Shown here in pieces: positions 39,368 through 49,637 of a stretch of DNA of 64,000 nt (within the stretch, counting starts at the first letter, position 1; the number at the start of each line of letters is the position of its first letter). The notes beneath the pieces are model-generated. The model saw only the letters and a program-made list of their open reading frames with translations. It ran no database searches and was not told the origin of the DNA. The translations under genes were made by a program, and so were the position numbers. Origin of the DNA: Winogradskyella sp. (GTDB taxonomy: Bacteria > Bacteroidota > Bacteroidia > Flavobacteriales > Flavobacteriaceae); NCBI RefSeq assembly GCF_013042245.1, contig NZ_JABDQL010000009.1, positions 18,492 through 82,491 of the forward strand, written 5' to 3'.

Positions 39368-40471
39368 TTATTTTGCGTTTTCTATTCGTCTTGTTTCAAT
39401 ACGTTCTTTTGCAATGTTTAGCGCTGCATTGTGAGTTGTTAAGTTGTTCACTTTAGCGTTGTCTAGAATTTCTAAGGTTGTATTGTAAATGTTTTCGGTT
39501 TTACGCATTATTTCTGCTCGGTCATAGTTTTCTAATTCAGCATATACGTTGATAATTCCACCTGCATTAATTAAAAAATCTGGTGCATATACAATACCAT
39601 TATCTTGTAACAATCTACCATGCTTAAATTCATCAGCCAACTGATTGTTTGCTGCTCCTGCAATAATATCTGCTCTTAATTTATTAATTGTCTCATCATT
39701 GACAGTTGCGCCGAGTGCACATGGTGCATAAATATCCATATCTTCTGCATAAATATCACTTCCGCCGTAAATAGTTACACCATATTTAGATTTAACCTCC
39801 TCTAAACGTTCTTGGCTAATATCTGCAATAGTAACTTTTGCACCTTCATTTACTAAATGTTCTACTAAAGCTTCACCTACATTACCAATACCTTGAACAA
39901 AAATATTTTTGTCTTCTAAAATATCTGAACCATACTTAAACTTTGCTGCTGCTTTCATGCCCATAAAAACACCATAGGCAGTTATAGGAGAAGGATTACC
40001 GGCACCACCTTTGCTTTCAGAAATTCCAGTAACAAAAGGTGTAACTTCTCTTACAGTATCCATATCGTCGGTTGCCATACCAACATCTTCGGCAGTGATA
40101 TATTTCCCGCTTAAAGAATGAATAAATTCTCCAAAACGACGCATTAATTCTGGTGTTTTTTGAGTCTTTGCATCTCCGATAATTACGGCTTTACCACCAC
40201 CAAGGTTTAATCCTGTAATAGCAGACTTAAAAGTCATACCTCTAGACAAACGCAAAACATCATTCAACGCTTCCCACTCGCTATTATATTGCCACATTCG
40301 AGTACCACCAAGTGCTGGTCCTAAAACTGTATTATGTATCCCGATTATTGCTTTTAAACCAGTATCTTTGTCATTGCAAAAAACGATTTGCTCGTGTTCA
40401 TCAAATGATAATTGACCAAAAACTGGGTCAGCTTTTTTTAGGTCTTTAGCGTCTAAAACGTCTGTTGTCAT
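39368..40471 (-). CDS. Glu/Leu/Phe/Val (leucine) dehydrogenase
   Basis: LGPALGGTRM, LGGGKAVI, YITAEDVG, GAANNQL. Confidence 0.93.
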   Translation of the reverse strand: MTTDVLDAKDLKKADPVFGQLSFDEHEQIVFCNDKDTGLKAIIGIHNTVLGPALGGTRMWQYNSEWEALNDVLRLSRGMTFKSAITGLNLGGGKAVIIGDAKTQKTPELMRRFGEFIHSLSGKYITAEDVGMATDDMDTVREVTPFVTGISESKGGAGNPSPITAYGVFMGMKAAAKFKYGSDILEDKNIFVQGIGNVGEALVEHLVNEGAKVTIADISQERLEEVKSKYGVTIYGGSDIYAEDMDIYAPCALGATVNDETINKLRADIIAGAANNQLADEFKHGRLLQDNGIVYAPDFLINAGGIINVYAELENYDRAEIMRKTENIYNTTLEILDNAKVNNLTTHNAALNIAKERIETRRIENAK

Positions 40472-40603
40472 TATTTATTATGATTTAGTGTCGTTGCGTT
40501 TTATTTAAAAACAGCTTGCAAAAATAAATCATTATTAAAGCATTAGCAAAATATTAACTCATAAATGCGATTGTAACAATAGCTTTGTATTCTTTTACTT
40601 TCA

Positions 40604-42358
40604 ATGAAAGCCTTAAAACACCTCAATAAATATTTTTATAAATACCGATATAGACTTATCGTTGGTATTCTTATAACAATTATAGCTAAGATTTTTGCGC
40701 TTTTTACACCACGTTTAATTGGTAAATCCATAAATATTATTGAAAAGTATGTAGAAGGAACTATCACTTATGAAGTTGCCAAAGCTGATTTGCTCATAAC
40801 CGTACTCTATATTTTAGGTGCAGCTTTAGTGGCAGGACTGTTTACCTTCTTAATGCGTCAAACCATTATCAATGTTTCACGTTATATTGAATTTGATTTA
40901 AAAAATGAAATATACAAACACTATCAAGTCTTATCCTTAAGCTTCTACAAAGCCAATCGCACTGGAGATTTGATGAATCGTATTAGTGAAGATGTTGGAA
41001 AAGTACGAATGTACGCTGGACCAGCAATCATGTATACCATAAATACCATTACATTATTTACAGTAGCACTAACACAAATGATAAGTACAGCACCGAAGCT
41101 AACCATGTATACTATGCTACCGCTTCCTATATTATCTTTTGTTATATATAAATTAAGTAGACTTATTAATTACAGGAGTAAAGTCGTTCAGGAGTCGCTT
41201 TCGGGTTTATCTTCTTTTACGCAAGAACAATTTAGTGGTATCTCAGTAATTAAATCCTACACGATTGAAAAGACCGTAAACACTGATTTTGAAGAACTAT
41301 CGACCGAAAATAGACAAAAGCAAATAGATTTATCAAAAGTACAAGCCTTGTTTTTTCCATTGATGATTTTGTTAATTGGCGTTAGTAACTTGCTCGTCAT
41401 ATTTATTGGTGGAAAACAATATATTGATGGTGAAATTGAAAATATTGGTACCATAGCTGAGTTTATAATTTACATTAATATGTTGACTTGGCCAGTAGCA
41501 ACTGTCGGCTGGGTAACCTCTATTGTTCAGCAAGCTGAAGCATCTCAAAAGCGTGTCAATGAGTTTTTAGACCAACAACCTGAAATAAAAAATAGTGTAA
41601 ATACACTTTCTGAAATTGATGGTACGATTTCATTTAAAAACGTAAGCTTTACTTATCCTGACACCAATATTACAGCCCTAAAAGACGTTAGTTTTGATTT
41701 AGAATCTGGCGAAAAATTAGCCATCTTAGGAATGACTGGCTCAGGCAAATCAACCATTCTTGACCTTATTGGAAGACTATACGATACAGAAAATGGGACT
41801 ATCCAAATTGATGGTAAAGAAATTAGTACACTAAATCTTTATAGCTTAAGAAAGAGTATAGGCTATGTACCGCAAGATGCCTTCTTATTTTCAGACTCCA
41901 TAAAGAATAATATTAAGTTTGGAAAAGAAGATGCTTCAGATGAAGAAGTGATTGAAGCAGCTAAGAATGCCATGGTTCATAAAAATATTATTGGTTTTAA
42001 AAACGGTTACGAAACTGTTTTAGGCGAAAGAGGTATTACGCTTTCTGGAGGACAAAAACAGCGTGTATCTATAGCTAGAGCTATTATAAAATCTCCAGAA
42101 ATATTACTTCTTGACGATTGCCTTTCTGCTGTTGACACCGAAACTGAAGAAAAAATCTTAAAGAATTTACAAGGTATTTCTAAGGATAAAACTACCATTA
42201 TTGTAAGTCACAGAATTTCTTCGGCAAAAAATGCAGATAAAATTATTGTGCTAGATGATGGTAAAATAATTCAGTCCGGAACGCACAAAACCTTAAAAGA
42301 AATAGACGGTTACTACAGGGATTTATACCTCAAACAACGCTCTGAAAAAGAAATGTAA
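40604..42358 (+). CDS. ABC exporter, fused TMD-NBD
   Basis: GMTGSGKST, LSGGQKQR, LLLDD. Confidence 0.95.
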   Translation: MKALKHLNKYFYKYRYRLIVGILITIIAKIFALFTPRLIGKSINIIEKYVEGTITYEVAKADLLITVLYILGAALVAGLFTFLMRQTIINVSRYIEFDLKNEIYKHYQVLSLSFYKANRTGDLMNRISEDVGKVRMYAGPAIMYTINTITLFTVALTQMISTAPKLTMYTMLPLPILSFVIYKLSRLINYRSKVVQESLSGLSSFTQEQFSGISVIKSYTIEKTVNTDFEELSTENRQKQIDLSKVQALFFPLMILLIGVSNLLVIFIGGKQYIDGEIENIGTIAEFIIYINMLTWPVATVGWVTSIVQQAEASQKRVNEFLDQQPEIKNSVNTLSEIDGTISFKNVSFTYPDTNITALKDVSFDLESGEKLAILGMTGSGKSTILDLIGRLYDTENGTIQIDGKEISTLNLYSLRKSIGYVPQDAFLFSDSIKNNIKFGKEDASDEEVIEAAKNAMVHKNIIGFKNGYETVLGERGITLSGGQKQRVSIARAIIKSPEILLLDDCLSAVDTETEEKILKNLQGISKDKTTIIVSHRISSAKNADKIIVLDDGKIIQSGTHKTLKEIDGYYRDLYLKQRSEKEM

Positions 42359-42425
42359 TTATTTGTTGGTTACTTTACTTTTTTTTTAGACTTTTGAAAG
42401 GAAATTAAAAATTGATACCTGAATT

Positions 42426-42821
42426 ATGGGCAATTACGAAATGATGGATAAAGAAGATATATATTCAAAAGTTTTAAGAGCTGGAAGAAGAACTTATTTC
42501 TTTGATGTACGTGCTACTAAAGCTGGTGATTATTACTTAACAATTACTGAGAGTAAAAAATTCACAAATGACGACGGCTCTTTTCACTATAAGAAGCATA
42601 AAATCTATTTATACAAAGAAGACTTTTCTGAATTTAGAGAGATTTTGGGTGAAATGACCGATTATATCATTAATGAAAAAGGTACTGAGGTTATTAGTGA
42701 GCGTCATCAAAAAGATTACAAACGCGAAGACAACGATTTTGTAGCACAAGAAGCTAAAACACAAGAAGATACCGATACCTCTACAGATAGTTTTACAGAC
42801 ATCAGCTTCGATGACATTTAG
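42426..42821 (+). CDS. PUR-family DNA/RNA-binding protein (DUF3276)
   Basis: SKVLRAGRRTYFFDV...YYLTITESKK...KHKIYLYKEDF. Confidence 0.9.
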   Translation: MGNYEMMDKEDIYSKVLRAGRRTYFFDVRATKAGDYYLTITESKKFTNDDGSFHYKKHKIYLYKEDFSEFREILGEMTDYIINEKGTEVISERHQKDYKREDNDFVAQEAKTQEDTDTSTDSFTDISFDDI

Positions 42822-42844
42822 AAACAATCTTGTTAAATAATACT

Positions 42845-42874
42845 AAAAACCGTTACAACAGTAACGGTTTTTTT
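42845..42874 (+). terminator. Rho-independent terminator
   Basis: AAAAACCGTTAC-AACA-GTAACGGTTTTTTT. Confidence 0.85.
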
Positions 42875-42914
42875 ATTTTTATATCTTTATAAACAACTAA
42901 CCAAACCAACACCC

Positions 42915-45419
42915 ATGCGCTTTATTCTATTATTTGTGTTCACAGCTCTTTCTACAACAATATTTAGCCAGGATAAAGTTGACTTATCGTATTATCTCCC
43001 GCAAGACGTAAAATATAATTCTGAAATCCCAACACCTAAAAGCGTTGTTGGTCACGAAGTTGGTGAATGGCATATAACTCACGACAAGCTTGTGCAATAT
43101 ATGTATACTTTGGCAAAAGCATCTGATAGAATAACAATCGAAAATAGAGGTAAAACCTTTGAAGATAGACCACTATTATTGTTAACCATAACCGCTCCAA
43201 AAAACCACAACAAAATCGACGCTATTAAAAATGCCCACGTCAATGCTACTAAAAAAGATAACGCTTCCACAGACCGCCCAATAATCGTCTATCAAGGATT
43301 TTCTATACATGGTAACGAGCCTAGTGGCTCAAACGCTTCATTAGCAGTAGCTTATTATTTAGCTGCCGCTCAAGGTCCTAAAATTGATGACTTACTAGAC
43401 AATACTGTTATTCTTTTTGATCCATCTTTTAATCCTGATGGCTTACAACGTTTCGCGTATTGGGCAAATACCAATAGAAGTCAAAATCTTAATCCTGACC
43501 CAAATGATAGAGAATACAGTGAAGTTTGGCCAGGCGGGCGAACAAACCACTACTGGTTTGATATGAACCGAGATTGGCTACCTGTACAATTACCAGAATC
43601 TAGAGCGCGTATTAAGACATTTCACGATTGGATGCCAAATATTTTAACGGACCACCACGAGATGGGAACAAATTCTAGTTTTTTCTTTCAGCCTGGAATT
43701 CCGTCAAGAACACATCCGTTAACTCCAAAATTAAATCAAGAATTAACAAAACAAATAGCGACTTACCACGCCAAGGCATTAGATAAAATTGGTTCTTTGT
43801 ATTATTCAGAAGAAAGTTTTGATGACTTCTACTACGGAAAAGGATCTACTTTTCCTGATATTAATGGTGGTATTGGGATATTGTTTGAGCAAGCAAGTTC
43901 ACGTGGACATGTACAAGAAAGCGTTAATGGACTCATAACCTTTCCTTTTACGATAAGAAATCAATTTACCGCAGCGCTATCTACTCTTGAAGCAGCAAAC
44001 AAAATGCGTTCTGATATTTTGACTTACCAAGCAAACTTCTTTGAAAATGCTAGAAATGAAGCAAAAAAAGAAGGTAATAAAGCCATTGTATTTGGTGATG
44101 AAAAAGATGCGGCAAGAACTTATCATATGGCCGAAATTTTGAATAGACATAAAATCAAGTTTCATGAGATAGAAAACGATTTTGAAGTTGATGGTAAACG
44201 TTTCAAAAAAGGATACAGCTATATTGTGCCCAAAAATCAGAATAACACACGTTTGATTAATGCTATGTTTGAAAGGCGAACAACCTTTCAAGATAGTCTA
44301 TTTTATGATATCTCGGCATGGTCTTTTCCTTTGGCATTTAATTTAGATTATGCTAAAACCTCAACTGGTAAAGCAGGTGCTATTGTTACAGATTTAAAAT
44401 TTAAAAGTGGAGGCGCAAACTCCAAAAGTAACTACGCCTATCTTACAGAATGGCACGAATATTACACCCCAAAATTCTTGTATGCTTTATTAGAAAAAGG
44501 CATCAGAGCAAAAGTGAGTCAAAAGCAATTTAAGGCCAATGGAAAGTCTTACGATTACGGAACATTAATGATTCCTTCGCAAAACGAAAAACTATCTGAA
44601 GCAGAATTACATACCACATTAAACACCTTAGCGAAAGAAAGCCACTTAAACCTTGATGCTGTTTCTACAGGTTTAAATGATGGTATTGACTTAGGTAGCA
44701 ATAATTTTAGGCCTTTAGAAATACCAAAAATTGCACTATTAGTTGGTGATGGGATGACGTCTTACGACGCAGGTGAAATCTGGCATTTATTAGATACGCG
44801 CTACAATATTCCTGTGACTAAATTAGATACCAAAAACTTTTCAAGAGCAGATATCAATCGTTATAACACTATAATCATGGTCAATGGCTCTGGTCTAAAT
44901 GAAGGCAATACAAAAAAACTACAATCATGGATTAAAAGTGGTGGAACATTGATTGGTTATCGTCGTGCACTAAATTACATTAACAGTAAGAAACTACTTA
45001 AAATCGAGTTCAAAAAACCTAAAATTGTAGCGAAAAATATTTCTAGAGAACAAGCCAGTGATTTTAGAGGTGCGCAAGTTATCGGTGGTGCTATTTTTGA
45101 AGCTGAACTCGACCGTTCTCACCCGGTTAATTTTGGCTACAAGAACAATACAGTACCAATGTTCAGAAACACTACATTATTTGTAAAGCCAGACAAAAAC
45201 AGCTATAACAATCCTATTCAATATACCGAAAACCCACTATTAAGTGGTTATATCTCAAAACAAAACTTGGATAGTATTTCTAAAACTGTTCCGCTTAAAA
45301 TTGGTAATTACGGTCGTGGTAACATTGTGGCTTTTACAGATAATACCAACTTTAGAGCCTTTTGGTATGGTACAAATCGTTTATTGATGAATGCAATATT
45401 TTTTAGAGAGGATTTATAG
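42915..45419 (+). CDS. M14-family zinc carboxypeptidase, secreted
   Basis: SIHGNE, NPDG, DMNRDW, DHHEM; signal peptide. Confidence 0.9.
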   Translation: MRFILLFVFTALSTTIFSQDKVDLSYYLPQDVKYNSEIPTPKSVVGHEVGEWHITHDKLVQYMYTLAKASDRITIENRGKTFEDRPLLLLTITAPKNHNKIDAIKNAHVNATKKDNASTDRPIIVYQGFSIHGNEPSGSNASLAVAYYLAAAQGPKIDDLLDNTVILFDPSFNPDGLQRFAYWANTNRSQNLNPDPNDREYSEVWPGGRTNHYWFDMNRDWLPVQLPESRARIKTFHDWMPNILTDHHEMGTNSSFFFQPGIPSRTHPLTPKLNQELTKQIATYHAKALDKIGSLYYSEESFDDFYYGKGSTFPDINGGIGILFEQASSRGHVQESVNGLITFPFTIRNQFTAALSTLEAANKMRSDILTYQANFFENARNEAKKEGNKAIVFGDEKDAARTYHMAEILNRHKIKFHEIENDFEVDGKRFKKGYSYIVPKNQNNTRLINAMFERRTTFQDSLFYDISAWSFPLAFNLDYAKTSTGKAGAIVTDLKFKSGGANSKSNYAYLTEWHEYYTPKFLYALLEKGIRAKVSQKQFKANGKSYDYGTLMIPSQNEKLSEAELHTTLNTLAKESHLNLDAVSTGLNDGIDLGSNNFRPLEIPKIALLVGDGMTSYDAGEIWHLLDTRYNIPVTKLDTKNFSRADINRYNTIIMVNGSGLNEGNTKKLQSWIKSGGTLIGYRRALNYINSKKLLKIEFKKPKIVAKNISREQASDFRGAQVIGGAIFEAELDRSHPVNFGYKNNTVPMFRNTTLFVKPDKNSYNNPIQYTENPLLSGYISKQNLDSISKTVPLKIGNYGRGNIVAFTDNTNFRAFWYGTNRLLMNAIFFREDL

Positions 45420-45437
45420 ATTAAAGTCTGAAGTCAA

Positions 45438-45776
45438 TTAGTTTATTACACTTCCATTCTTAACCTTAATCTCTGGCTTCAAAAGAATAACGTCATTCTC
45501 ATTAACAACAGCACCCATAACTAGACATTCGCTCATAAACTTGACTATCTGCTTTTTCGGGAAGTTTACTACTGCAACAATTTGCCTATTAAGCAAATCT
45601 TCTTTTTGATAAAGTGTAGTAATTTGAGCAGAAGATTTCTTGATTCCTAAATCGCCAAAATCAATTATCAATTGATAAGCTGGTTTTCTGGCTTCAGGGA
45701 AATCGTTGACCTCGATAATTGTGCCAACTCGTAAATCTATTTTTGTAAAGTCTTCGAATGTTATTATCTTATTCAT
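45438..45776 (-). CDS. csaA: tRNA-binding / export chaperone CsaA
   Basis: DLRVGTI, FPEARKPAY, KKSSAQIT, VVNFP, SECLV. Confidence 0.9.
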   Translation of the reverse strand: MNKIITFEDFTKIDLRVGTIIEVNDFPEARKPAYQLIIDFGDLGIKKSSAQITTLYQKEDLLNRQIVAVVNFPKKQIVKFMSECLVMGAVVNENDVILLKPEIKVKNGSVIN

Positions 45777-45796
45777 AAATTAAAACTACAAAAATT

Positions 45797-46351
45797 ATGG
45801 CATTAACACCTTCAAATATGTTGCCACTTGATACAACAGCACCAGATTTTAAATTAGTTGACACAATAGACGACACTCAAAAATCGCTAAACGAATTAAA
45901 AGGAACAACAGGAACATTGGTAATGTTTATTTGTAACCACTGCCCTTTTGTAGTTCATGTTAATGAACAATTGGTACAATTAGCAAAAGACTATAAATCT
46001 AAAGGTATCAATCTAATTGCTATTTCTAGTAATGATGTTGAAAATTATCCCCAAGATGGGCCTGAAAAGATGAAAGAACACGCAATAAATAATGGCTATA
46101 TTTTTCCATATTTATACGACCAAACTCAAGATATTGCAAGAGCCTACGATGCAGCTTGTACACCTGATTTCTTTTTATTTAATAAAAAATTAAAGCTTGT
46201 ATATACCGGTCAGTTAGATGATTCCAGACCTGGAAATGGAATTCCTGTAACTGGTAAAGATTTAAGAAAGGCTATTAATGCTTTAGTTAGCGGAAATGAG
46301 ATAAACCCAAACCAAAAACCAAGCATGGGGTGTAATATTAAGTGGAAATAA
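45797..46351 (+). CDS. Thioredoxin/AhpC-TSA family protein
   Basis: MFICNHCPFV, YDAACTPDFF, PSMGCNIKW. Confidence 0.9.
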   Translation: MALTPSNMLPLDTTAPDFKLVDTIDDTQKSLNELKGTTGTLVMFICNHCPFVVHVNEQLVQLAKDYKSKGINLIAISSNDVENYPQDGPEKMKEHAINNGYIFPYLYDQTQDIARAYDAACTPDFFLFNKKLKLVYTGQLDDSRPGNGIPVTGKDLRKAINALVSGNEINPNQKPSMGCNIKWK

Positions 46352-46364
46352 TTAAGACGCATAA

Positions 46365-46454
46365 AAAATCCCACTAATCTCAACCTAACCGAGTGCGGTT
46401 GCAACCTTTAAGTGGAAGTAAAAACCACTCTTTGGTCAAGATTAACGGGATTTT
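46365..46454 (-). ncRNA. Candidate structured RNA (three-way junction closed by a 21-bp stem, followed by a U-tract)
   Basis: The minus-strand stem pairs fully only with 4 G-U wobbles; inner hairpins GTGG/CCAC and AACCG/CGGTT. Confidence 0.55.
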
Positions 46455-46481
46455 AATATTAAAACTAAACTATATATTTAG

Positions 46482-47204
46482 TTATTTTTGAATTTGAAAG
46501 TTTATAGGAATACTATAAGGAACTCCAACATTTCTATCTCTTTGTTTACCAGGTATCATCTTTGGTAATATACTAATGATACGCTCTGCTTCAGTTTCTA
46601 ACATCTTATCAGGACCTCTACTTTTAATTCTAGTAACATTACCATTCTTATCGATTAGGAAGAATACAAATACTTTACCTGTAATTCTTAGCTCTTGAGC
46701 TACTTCTGGATATTCAAAATTCTTTTGTAAATGCTCCGTAATTTTTCGTTGAAAACAGGCTCGTAGCTGGTCATTATTTCCTTTACATCCTGGAAAAGTT
46801 GGTACACGTTCTATTACAGCAAACGCCACTTCAATATCTTCCTCTACTTCTTCTACAACAATATCAGAAACTTCCACTACAGGTTCTATAACATCATCTT
46901 GCCCTATTTCTGTACTCTCAACAACTGTTTCTTCTACATCTTCTACATCTTCTACAACACGAATTGCTTCTGTTACAACTGGTTTTGGTGGTGGAGGCGG
47001 TGGTGTAATTTCAATATTTGTAATAGGAATATCTTCTTCTAACTGCTCGCTAAGCATTAACATATCTGCCTCGGTCAACGTTTTATCATAGGTTTTGTAC
47101 TCAAAACCAAAATAGGTTAATAATAACATTATGTTTAGGCCTACAGCAAAAAATAAGCTGCTGTTTCTTCCTACATCTGCACTTGGGTTCTTTTTTACTT
47201 CCAT
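46482..47204 (-). CDS. tonB: Energy transducer TonB (start revised from 47255)
   Basis: MEVKKNP, TM anchor, poly-Pro, VPTFPGC, YPEVA, VPYSIPINF. Confidence 0.9.
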   Translation of the reverse strand: MEVKKNPSADVGRNSSLFFAVGLNIMLLLTYFGFEYKTYDKTLTEADMLMLSEQLEEDIPITNIEITPPPPPPKPVVTEAIRVVEDVEDVEETVVESTEIGQDDVIEPVVEVSDIVVEEVEEDIEVAFAVIERVPTFPGCKGNNDQLRACFQRKITEHLQKNFEYPEVAQELRITGKVFVFFLIDKNGNVTRIKSRGPDKMLETEAERIISILPKMIPGKQRDRNVGVPYSIPINFQIQK

Positions 47205-47295
47205 GATTTCTAAAATTTTATAGTATAAAGCTACACACTTTAAGACAGAAAGCATATGACATTTGTCATACTAAAAAGAAAAATGTAGTTGTATT

Positions 47296-49443
47296 TTACA
47301 GATTATCTAACTGATTATCTGTGCCTTTCTCACTAATTGTCCAAAAGAAACCGACGAAGAAAAATTGGTCTGCTGCTGGGGTTAAGGCACGTCTACTAAA
47401 ATTTCCATCTATATTAGATGTATTAGTATATTGATAGCCATTAATGTTTCGGAAACCAAAAATATTATTTATAGATAAGTATAAAATCTTTTGTTGATTA
47501 ATTAAATAAGCCCAATTAAAGCTTACGTTATTAAAACTTTTTGTGCGTTCTCCTAAAAATCTATTTGTATTTGGGTCTGTATATGGTCTTCCTGAGGCAT
47601 GCACGTAATCAAACCCTATCTGACTTTTAAGATTTTCTACCCAATATTTTCCAACAATTGAAAAATTATGTTTTGATGCAAAGTTAGGCTGTGCTGCAGT
47701 TGGGAAATTTCTATCATTGCGTTGGGTGTCTAAAAGTGAATAACTTACCCAATAATCTAAATTCTTCACACTTGTGTTATCTCTCCAAAACACATCTAAG
47801 CCTTGTGCATAAGCGTTTCCATCCAAATTGAAATCACTATCAAAGCTCTCAAACTGTGTGTCAAACTTTACTAAGTTATTATAATCTTTTCGATATAATT
47901 CGGCTCTAAAAATACGACCAGTATTAACATACTGATAGTTAAAAATATAATGAGTTGTTTTTTGGGTTTCTAAATCTTGTTCAAACTTTAAAGTCCCTGC
48001 ACTCGGGTTTTGATAAAAATTACCATAAGCCAAAGATACTTGTGAATTTTTTGACACTTTATAAGCCATCGCCGTTCGAGGTGCAATATTAAAACTTTTG
48101 AAGATTGAGCTATAATCTGAACGAACACCTATCTTTAAAGCTAAATTTTTTGAAAATACAATATCAGCCTCCCCAAAACTCGATGTTATATTATTGTTAA
48201 ATCCGTAGGAAGCATCTATTGATTGATTTGAAAAATCTTCATTAAAATCGGTTAAAAACTGTTCTATCCCAAAATTAAGTTTAAATCTGCTATTGAATCT
48301 TTTTTTTAATTTCAGCTTAGCATGAATAGAGTTTTCTGTATCCGTTATATTATTAAGCTCAATAGCTATTTTATTATTTGCGTGTGTGTAACTTAAACCA
48401 GTAACTAAACTCCAATTATCATTTAAAATACCTTTATAAGAGGTATTAGCGTAAAAATTTTTGTTATTTAGTTTGAACTGCAAACCGTCTGCCTCATTAA
48501 TATCATCTTGAGTCAACTCGAAATTTGTGGTATCAAAAGCAGCATAGAATTTTAATGTCCCATTAGTGAACTTACGCCTAAAAACAGCTTCGCCTTGTGC
48601 ACTTTCAAAAGGCTTCTCCCAGTCGTTTCTGTCTTCGTAAACGGCGAGATATGGTGCCAAATTGATGTAATTTGTATTGACACTCAATGAAGACTTTTCC
48701 CATTTTTGGGTATTTCCTAAAGATGCACCAACAGTCATAATACCTACATCTGTCTTTTCTTGATCTGGCTCATCTATAGTATTTAGAAGTAAGACACTTG
48801 ACAACGCTTGCCCATATTCGGCAGAGTAACCGCCGGTAGAGAATGTAATACCATCAAACAAAAATGGTGAGTAACGTCCACGAGTTGGCAAATTATTAGT
48901 TGTTGGTGTGTATGGTGTAAATACACGAATGCCATCTATAAAAATTTGAGTTTCGTCTGCGTTACCTCCACGAACAAATAGTCGTCCGTCTTCAGCATTG
49001 TTAGAAGTTCCAGGTAGCGTTTGCAACGCGCCAACAAAATCGCCCAATGCACTTGCAGTAGTAACAACATCTAAAGGTTTTAAAACAGATACCTTGCTAT
49101 TATCATTGGCTTCAAAAGTACCTGCAGATAAGACTACAGTGTCTAAGGAGTTGACATCTTCGCGAAGTTTAACTTCTAGCTTATTAAGCAATGAAATGTC
49201 TAATGTTATAGTTTTTGACTCATAGGATAAAAATGAAACGACTAATGATTGAATACCTTTTTCATCTGATATAAAAGAAAACTTCCCTTCATCATCTGAT
49301 GTTGCACCATCGTAAGTACCATCTAAGTAAATATTAGCACCTACGATAGCAACACCTTTTGTGTCTGTGACTTTTCCAGAAATTGTGGTTTGGGCTTGGT
49401 TGATGAAACCTAAGCACAAAATAATAAGATTGATGATTTTCAT
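47296..49443 (-). CDS. TonB-dependent receptor (start revised from 49482)
   Basis: CarboxypepD-like N-terminus, GRLFVRGG, STGGYSAEYGQALS. Confidence 0.9.
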   Translation of the reverse strand: MKIINLIILCLGFINQAQTTISGKVTDTKGVAIVGANIYLDGTYDGATSDDEGKFSFISDEKGIQSLVVSFLSYESKTITLDISLLNKLEVKLREDVNSLDTVVLSAGTFEANDNSKVSVLKPLDVVTTASALGDFVGALQTLPGTSNNAEDGRLFVRGGNADETQIFIDGIRVFTPYTPTTNNLPTRGRYSPFLFDGITFSTGGYSAEYGQALSSVLLLNTIDEPDQEKTDVGIMTVGASLGNTQKWEKSSLSVNTNYINLAPYLAVYEDRNDWEKPFESAQGEAVFRRKFTNGTLKFYAAFDTTNFELTQDDINEADGLQFKLNNKNFYANTSYKGILNDNWSLVTGLSYTHANNKIAIELNNITDTENSIHAKLKLKKRFNSRFKLNFGIEQFLTDFNEDFSNQSIDASYGFNNNITSSFGEADIVFSKNLALKIGVRSDYSSIFKSFNIAPRTAMAYKVSKNSQVSLAYGNFYQNPSAGTLKFEQDLETQKTTHYIFNYQYVNTGRIFRAELYRKDYNNLVKFDTQFESFDSDFNLDGNAYAQGLDVFWRDNTSVKNLDYWVSYSLLDTQRNDRNFPTAAQPNFASKHNFSIVGKYWVENLKSQIGFDYVHASGRPYTDPNTNRFLGERTKSFNNVSFNWAYLINQQKILYLSINNIFGFRNINGYQYTNTSNIDGNFSRRALTPAADQFFFVGFFWTISEKGTDNQLDNL

Positions 49444-49472
49444 GATTGATGGTTTATTCTTTAATTTTTTTT

Positions 49473-49550
49473 GATGAAGCAAACCTCGTGACTATAATAA
49501 GTTTTAGAAATTTTAAATTACCGAACTGTAATAATCTAATGACGAATTGC
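49473..49550 (-). promoter_or_regulatory. LytTR-type direct repeats plus a non-canonical -7 box
   Basis: GCAATTCGTC-N11-ACAGTTCGGT ... GAGGTTTG; same spacing as 63091-63168. Confidence 0.65.
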
Positions 49551-49637
49551 ATTTAGTTATATATTTCATTCAAAAAACTGTAACATATGTATAACTTTGA
49601 GGACTTACAGAATAACTAAATCAACTAACAAAAACTA

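Noticed and set aside
46365-46454. Identification as SRP RNA, 6S RNA, tRNA or hammerhead ribozyme
   Set aside because: No SRP helix-8 GGAA/AGCAG motif, no cloverleaf or TTCRA loop, no CUGANGA/GAAA core, and no 6S-like rod with a central bubble
46861-47010. Low-complexity repeats (TCTTCTACA, GGTGGTGG) in tonB
   Set aside because: They encode the normal Pro-rich and acidic TonB linker
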